Of a stretch of DNA of 64,000 bases, positions 59,082 to 64,000 are shown one piece after another. A program made the position numbers and the translations under genes. The notes beneath the pieces are model-generated. The model was not told the origin of the DNA. It saw only the letters and a list, made by a program, of their open reading frames with translations, and did no database searches. This stretch comes from Planctomycetota bacterium (GTDB lineage: Bacteria > Planctomycetota > JAMOSO01): assembly GCA_027063065.1 (NCBI GenBank), contig JAMOSO010000003.1, positions 1,524 to 65,523 of the forward strand, written 5' to 3'. The first letter of the stretch is position 1, and every line of letters starts with the position of its first letter.

Positions 59082-60333
59082 ATCAACTGTTATCATAAAA
59101 GGTGTCGGCCTACACAGCGGAGAAACTGCCAATTTAATCCTTGAGCCTGCCACCGCTAATCATGGAATCAAATTTATACGTACTGATGTTGATAAAAAAA
59201 ACATCATTGAATTAAATCCAGCCAATATAGTTTATAATGATAGGCGCACTCAATTAACCAATGGCAACGTCAACATCAATACTATAGAACACCTACTTGC
59301 CGTACTACATATTTTAGGTATCACAGAATTAACTATAAAATGTGACTGCGAGGAACTACCCGGTTGTGATGGATCTGGTAAAATTTACCTAGAAAAAATT
59401 GATGCTGTCGGAATTGAAACTTTAGGTGCCGAAACAAACATATTAGAAATCAATACCCCTCTTACTGTTGATAGTGAACATGGCAATATTACTGCTATAG
59501 CAAATAAAGATTTCATTATAGACTATACCTTAGACTACTCTGCCTTTGGTGTCAGCCTGCAACATAAAACTATTAATATTACAGAGCAAACATTTCGAGA
59601 AGAAATTGTCAACTGCCGTACTTTTTGTATGAAGCAAGAGTGGGATCAACGGTTAGAACACAACCTTGGCAAAGGTGCTAGTCTAGAAAATACATTAGTG
59701 ATGGATAAGGACACTCCTTTAGAAAATAAATTTAATCAACCGTTAGAGTTAAGCTGTCATAAAATTTTAGATTTAATTGGTGATTTATATCTAACTGGTC
59801 AGCCCGTTAAAGGCAAATTTATTGCTTTGAAATCTGGGCATGCCGCAAATGTTGAACTGACTCAAAAAATATTTAACCAAAGGCCTACCGAACCCGTTTA
59901 TCATCTTGAAGAACTATTAAAAGTTTTACCTCACCGATATCCAATGATGATGGTTGATCGCTTAGAAAAATTAGAACCTAAAAAAAGAGCTGTAGGATAT
60001 AAAAATTTAAGTTTTAATGAGCCTTTTTTTCAGGGGCACTTTCCTGGACAGCCTGTTATGCCTGGTGTATTGCAAATTGAAGCTATGGCACAATTAGCTG
60101 GATGCATTTTAATTGATCCTAATAGCAAAACTAAGTTAATACCAATGTTTACTGCCATCGACGGAGTTAAGTTTAGACGTCCCGTTGTACCTGGCGATAG
60201 ACTGGATATGGATACTCGTATTGTAAAGTTTAGACGAAATATGGGTGAAGTAATCGGAAAAGCCACTGTCAATGGTCAGGTTGCCTCAGAGGCCACTTTT
60301 AGATTTATTCTTATAGAAGGACCTCAAGAATGA
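59053..60333 (+). CDS. lpxC-fabZ: Bifunctional LpxC / FabZ (TTG start)
   Basis: GVGLHSG, TIEHLL, HKILDLIGD (LpxC), then LPHRYP, FFQGHFP, PGVLQIEAMAQ (FabZ). Confidence 0.95.
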   Translation: MNTIPQKTLKSTVIIKGVGLHSGETANLILEPATANHGIKFIRTDVDKKNIIELNPANIVYNDRRTQLTNGNVNINTIEHLLAVLHILGITELTIKCDCEELPGCDGSGKIYLEKIDAVGIETLGAETNILEINTPLTVDSEHGNITAIANKDFIIDYTLDYSAFGVSLQHKTINITEQTFREEIVNCRTFCMKQEWDQRLEHNLGKGASLENTLVMDKDTPLENKFNQPLELSCHKILDLIGDLYLTGQPVKGKFIALKSGHAANVELTQKIFNQRPTEPVYHLEELLKVLPHRYPMMMVDRLEKLEPKKRAVGYKNLSFNEPFFQGHFPGQPVMPGVLQIEAMAQLAGCILIDPNSKTKLIPMFTAIDGVKFRRPVVPGDRLDMDTRIVKFRRNMGEVIGKATVNGQVASEATFRFILIEGPQE

Positions 60334-61130
60334 GCATCCATCCAAGCGCAGTTATTGGCAACAAAGTCAAGCTTGCTGAGGATGTGATTATTGGACCTTT
60401 TTGCCATATAGATGGAGATGTTACTATTAGCTCTGGATGTGTCTTAGACTCTCATGTACGCATAACGGGTCATACTTGTATTGGTAAAAATAATAAAATC
60501 TTTTCTTTTGCCAACATAGGTGTAGTTCCTCAAGATTTAAAATTTAAAGGCGAACCTAGCCAAGTTATTATTGGTAATAATAATACTATACGTGAATATG
60601 TCAGTATTCATTTAGGTACTCAAGGTGGCGGAAGTAAAACTATTATTGGCAATCAAAATCTAATTATGGCTTATGTACATATTGCCCACGATTGCGCTAT
60701 TGCCAACAACTGCATTTTGGCAAATGCTACGCAACTAGCCGGTCATATACATATTCAGAATAATGTTAATGTTGGTGGTGCAACTTGTGTGCATCATTTT
60801 GTCACTATTGGCAAAGGCGCAATGATTGGCGGTATGAGCCGTATCAATAAAGATTGTTTGCCGTTTTCCATTACAGAGGGCAGTCCCGCTAAAACACGTG
60901 GATTAAATTCTATTGGTTTAAGTCGCAACGGATATAGTAAAGATGACATTAGTGCCTTAAAAAAAGCTGTACGAATCTATTACAAAGCAGATGAAAACGC
61001 AAGTGCTGCCCTTGAAACAATCAAAGCAGATAAAACTCTCAATGCCAATGAACATGTGCAATATATGGTAGATTTTTTAACCAGCACCGCGCAGGGAGAA
61101 TATGGCCGAGCCCTTGAAGGTAGCCGATAA
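60330..61130 (+). CDS. lpxA: UDP-N-acetylglucosamine acyltransferase
   Basis: IHPSA, PQDLKF, HIAHDC, LAGH, GLNSIGL. Confidence 0.97.
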   Translation: MSIHPSAVIGNKVKLAEDVIIGPFCHIDGDVTISSGCVLDSHVRITGHTCIGKNNKIFSFANIGVVPQDLKFKGEPSQVIIGNNNTIREYVSIHLGTQGGGSKTIIGNQNLIMAYVHIAHDCAIANNCILANATQLAGHIHIQNNVNVGGATCVHHFVTIGKGAMIGGMSRINKDCLPFSITEGSPAKTRGLNSIGLSRNGYSKDDISALKKAVRIYYKADENASAALETIKADKTLNANEHVQYMVDFLTSTAQGEYGRALEGSR

Positions 61131-62232
61131 TATTCTAATTTTTGCTGGCGAAGCCTCTGGGGATGCCTACGGGGCTTTGCTAATAAAAGAATTGCGAGCC
61201 ATAAATAATAATTTAAATATTTACGGTGGTGGTGGGTCTAATATGCTAAAAGCAGGTTTAAACCCAATTTATACAATCGACAACTTAAGTGTTATGGGGC
61301 TAGTTGAAGTTATTTCTATTATACCTAGCCTATTAAAAATCAAAAAAAGCATCATAGCTTTTGCCAAAAACAACCAACCTAAAGTAGCTATTTTTATTGA
61401 TTATCCTGGCTTTCACGTACCTTTAGCCAAAAAATTAAAGCAATTAAATATACCGATATTATATTATATTAGCCCAAAAATTTGGGCATATCGTGAAAAA
61501 CGCATCACAAAAATTATATCATCTATTAACCAGTTAGCTTCGATATTTGATTTTGAAAAAGCTATTTACACACGCTATGGATTTGATAACTGCCACTTTG
61601 TTGGACATCCTATAGTAGATGTATTAAAAACCTCTGGAGCATTAGCTACTAAGCCACATACTAATTTAATTGGTATTTTACCCGGTTCACGAAACTCAGA
61701 AATCGCTAAACTATTGCCCACTATGATAGAGGCGTGCAAATTACTTAAGCAAGAAAATCCACAATTAAAATTTTGGCTTAGCTGTGTAAATAATTTTAAC
61801 AATCAATATTATAAAAATTTAATAGGTGAATTTAAAATTGATTTTATCAAACAAGATTTGCACCTAAATATTGCAAAATCGTTTGCCATTATTGGAGCCT
61901 CTGGAACAGTAAACTTAGAAATGGCATATTTAGGCATACCTTCTGTAATTACATATAAATTGGCCCCTCTCACACATAGTATTGCAAAGCGAATTATCAA
62001 AATACCCCATGCGTCTCCTGTAAATATTATTATGCAAGAAGAATTATACCCCGAGTTGTTGCAAAATTTATGTAACCCTCAAAACATCTACAAAACTGTT
62101 AAAGAACTAATATACAATACACAAGTTCGTAACACACAACTACGCAAACTACACATATTTAAAAAGCAATTGGGATTAGCTGGCGCTAGTGAGCGTGTTG
62201 CCAAAATGGCCATCAACTTAATGGCTAAATAA
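61102..62232 (+). CDS. lpxB: Lipid-A-disaccharide synthase
   Basis: AGEASGD, IDYPGF, FVGHP, LPGSR, SGT, PELLQ; start may be TTG at 61114. Confidence 0.95.
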   Translation: MAEPLKVADNILIFAGEASGDAYGALLIKELRAINNNLNIYGGGGSNMLKAGLNPIYTIDNLSVMGLVEVISIIPSLLKIKKSIIAFAKNNQPKVAIFIDYPGFHVPLAKKLKQLNIPILYYISPKIWAYREKRITKIISSINQLASIFDFEKAIYTRYGFDNCHFVGHPIVDVLKTSGALATKPHTNLIGILPGSRNSEIAKLLPTMIEACKLLKQENPQLKFWLSCVNNFNNQYYKNLIGEFKIDFIKQDLHLNIAKSFAIIGASGTVNLEMAYLGIPSVITYKLAPLTHSIAKRIIKIPHASPVNIIMQEELYPELLQNLCNPQNIYKTVKELIYNTQVRNTQLRKLHIFKKQLGLAGASERVAKMAINLMAK

Positions 62233-62233
62233 T

Positions 62234-62929
62234 ATGACACTCAAAAAAACATATTTTAGCCTAATCGAAGTTATCATTGCAATTGGCATTATCGCTGGCA
62301 TTATGGGGGTTACTTATGGATTTATGCGACAAGGATTATTAGTACGCGAACACAGCAAACAAATATCACGTCAAATCCGCCTTGAACATAATTTACTTAA
62401 TACTATATCTAAAGACATACAAGGTGCTCAATGGATAGATGCAAGCCCTATTGAAATTTTTAATCTTCAAAAAGACAAAGTACACCCTAGCTCATCAAAA
62501 CTGCAAATGTTGAGCTTTTCTAAGTTATATAACCCAGAAACCCAAACCAATACATATCTTAACCAAATAACGTACGCAATCGACTTAATGCCAAATGGTG
62601 AAAACTACGCCTTGTATAGGCAAAAAATAAGCTTAAACGACCTCAAAGACGACTCCAATAATTGGGAATATATATATGGCCCTATTACTGATTTTACTGT
62701 ACAAGTTTGGGATAAAGACAAGTCTGATTGGTTGGATAAATTCTCTAGTGGTAAATCTAAAGCCTTGCCAAATATCGTACAAATTATCATACAATTACCT
62801 AAAACCGATTTGCAAAATAAAAGTATTATTTTTCAACGTAAAATTGTTTTGCATAATAATACAACCTTTAAAAAGGCTAAACTAGAATCAAATAATGAAA
62901 TATCAAAACAACATTTGTCCGGATCATAA
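62234..62929 (+). CDS. GspJ-like pseudopilin (prepilin-type N-terminus)
   Basis: KKTY|FSLIEVIIAIGII; C-terminal W...LPxxVxI typical of GspJ. Confidence 0.65.
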   Translation: MTLKKTYFSLIEVIIAIGIIAGIMGVTYGFMRQGLLVREHSKQISRQIRLEHNLLNTISKDIQGAQWIDASPIEIFNLQKDKVHPSSSKLQMLSFSKLYNPETQTNTYLNQITYAIDLMPNGENYALYRQKISLNDLKDDSNNWEYIYGPITDFTVQVWDKDKSDWLDKFSSGKSKALPNIVQIIIQLPKTDLQNKSIIFQRKIVLHNNTTFKKAKLESNNEISKQHLSGS

Positions 62930-63572
62930 TAATACATTACTAAAAATAAGCACTATCGTATCACTCACGTTGCATATTGCATTAAGTCCTATCGTCACTA
63001 AATTATTATATTTGCATAAACAAAAAGATAAAACTAATCACATATTAATTACAGAAATATTAGATAATGTTTCGCAAGGGACTAATCATAAAACAAAATG
63101 TATTTCCCATAGTCAAGTTATAGGTGTTACTCCTATCGATATAGATACTATAACACTAGAAACGCCTCTACAACCCCATTGCACACCTTATCAAAAAACA
63201 ACCGTTGAAACATTACGCAAAAACGACATCAAACATAACACTACAATATCAAGACGTAAAAATATACCTCTTTCACGAAAGCCTCTACATTTACAACGCA
63301 AATATACAAAGACAATAGCCAAAACTATTCTATCAAATATACCGCAAATTGATTTACAAAATGCACCTAAAAACAACGCAAAAGTAATGATTAAAGTTGT
63401 GATTAACCCAGTAAATGGATTTCTCAAAAATATATCAATTTTAAAAAGTTCTAATAATTGGGCATTAGATCAAGCGGGTATTATGGCTATTAAAAAATCA
63501 ATGCCCTTTCCACCATTAGACATCCCATTAGATAAAATTGTTTTTATTATACCAATTACATATAAACGCTAA
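62895..63572 (+). CDS. TonB C-terminal domain protein
   Basis: TM with SxxxH (SLTLH); KSSNNWALDQAGIMAIKKSMPFPP TonB/TolA-C motif. Confidence 0.7.
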   Translation: MKYQNNICPDHNNTLLKISTIVSLTLHIALSPIVTKLLYLHKQKDKTNHILITEILDNVSQGTNHKTKCISHSQVIGVTPIDIDTITLETPLQPHCTPYQKTTVETLRKNDIKHNTTISRRKNIPLSRKPLHLQRKYTKTIAKTILSNIPQIDLQNAPKNNAKVMIKVVINPVNGFLKNISILKSSNNWALDQAGIMAIKKSMPFPPLDIPLDKIVFIIPITYKR

Positions 63573-64000
63573 TTAGCTTTGTAATGTCCATTGAATTGAA
63601 ATAACATCATTGGTTACAGATTTAATACGTTTATAAATTTTGTCAAATATCACATCAGTTTTATTGCGTTTGAAAATTCTTACATTAGCTACAATTGAAT
63701 ACTCGCCCTGTACACTATTGTATTTAAAATTAACGTGTTGTAATTTACTAAATTCTTTAACCGCATCTATAACCTTAGAAGTATCATTATCCGCAGTTAA
63801 TTTTATTTTAATACTGCGATACGAATGTGATGGTAACATATTTTCTATAATGCTAACCGAAGTCAAAACTATAATCGCTAAAAAAGTTGCAATAACTGCC
63901 ACAACAATATGACCAGAACCACAGGCCATACCTATACCAGCAACAATCCACATACAAGATGCTGTAGTTAAACCCCTAATATTAATTCCAGATTTAATAA
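63573..64000 (-). CDS. MgtC/SapB family membrane protein (5'-partial)
   Basis: Frame extends past the window edge: IKSGINIRGLTTASCMWIVAGIGMACGSG, MgtC signature. Confidence 0.88.
   Translation of the reverse strand, partial: IKSGINIRGLTTASCMWIVAGIGMACGSGHIVVAVIATFLAIIVLTSVSIIENMLPSHSYRSIKIKLTADNDTSKVIDAVKEFSKLQHVNFKYNSVQGEYSIVANVRIFKRNKTDVIFDKIYKRIKSVTNDVISIQWTLQS

Noticed and set aside
59053..60333. LpxC-FabZ fusion as a novelty
   Set aside because: A well-known bifunctional arrangement in Bacteroidota and several other phyla.
1..64000. Alternative genetic code (UGA=Trp or Gly)
   Set aside because: All conserved genes are full length under table 11, and TGA ends lpxC-fabZ in an ATGA overlap with lpxA.

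Overview
AT-rich bacterial core-genome window, most likely from an uncultured Planctomycetota lineage (inferred from the RpoA start MRIRWNGFELP, the beta-prime N-terminus, no uL30, and rpsK followed directly by rpoA). 1-25 kb (minus strand): tRNA Thr-Tyr-Gly-Thr, tuf, rpmG, tRNA-Trp, secE, nusG, rplKAJL, a single fused rpoB-rpoC ORF (2617 aa), rpsL with no rpsG/fusA after it, then the S10-spc-alpha ribosomal cluster to a partial rpoA. 25-35 kb: Na/Pi cotransporter, a sigma28 flagellin divergent from a probable sigma54 pilin with a DUF2950-like domain, recR, rpoN, comF and a long-form purF. 35-50 kb: pyrG-carB-carA-dabb, a receiver protein, a coiled-coil membrane protein, mreB, mreC, a 2xFHA membrane protein, smpB, an amidase and uxaC. 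50-64 kb: prs-rplY-pth-rpsF-ssb-rpsR-rplI-dnaB-bamA-skp-lpxD-lpxC/fabZ-lpxA-lpxB, a pseudopilin, a TonB-C protein and a partial MgtC-family gene. I saw no mobile elements, CRISPR arrays or inteins. Most notable: (1) the beta-beta-prime fusion; (2) ten sigma70-type promoter candidates sharing a 16-bp rather than 17-bp spacer; (3) loss of rpsG-fusA, with twin hairpins at the site; (4) a switch-like leader upstream of prs; (5) a flagellin/pilin divergon with three palindromic sites; (6) a tRNA-Trp with a 4-bp anticodon stem. All calls are by eye; no searches were run.
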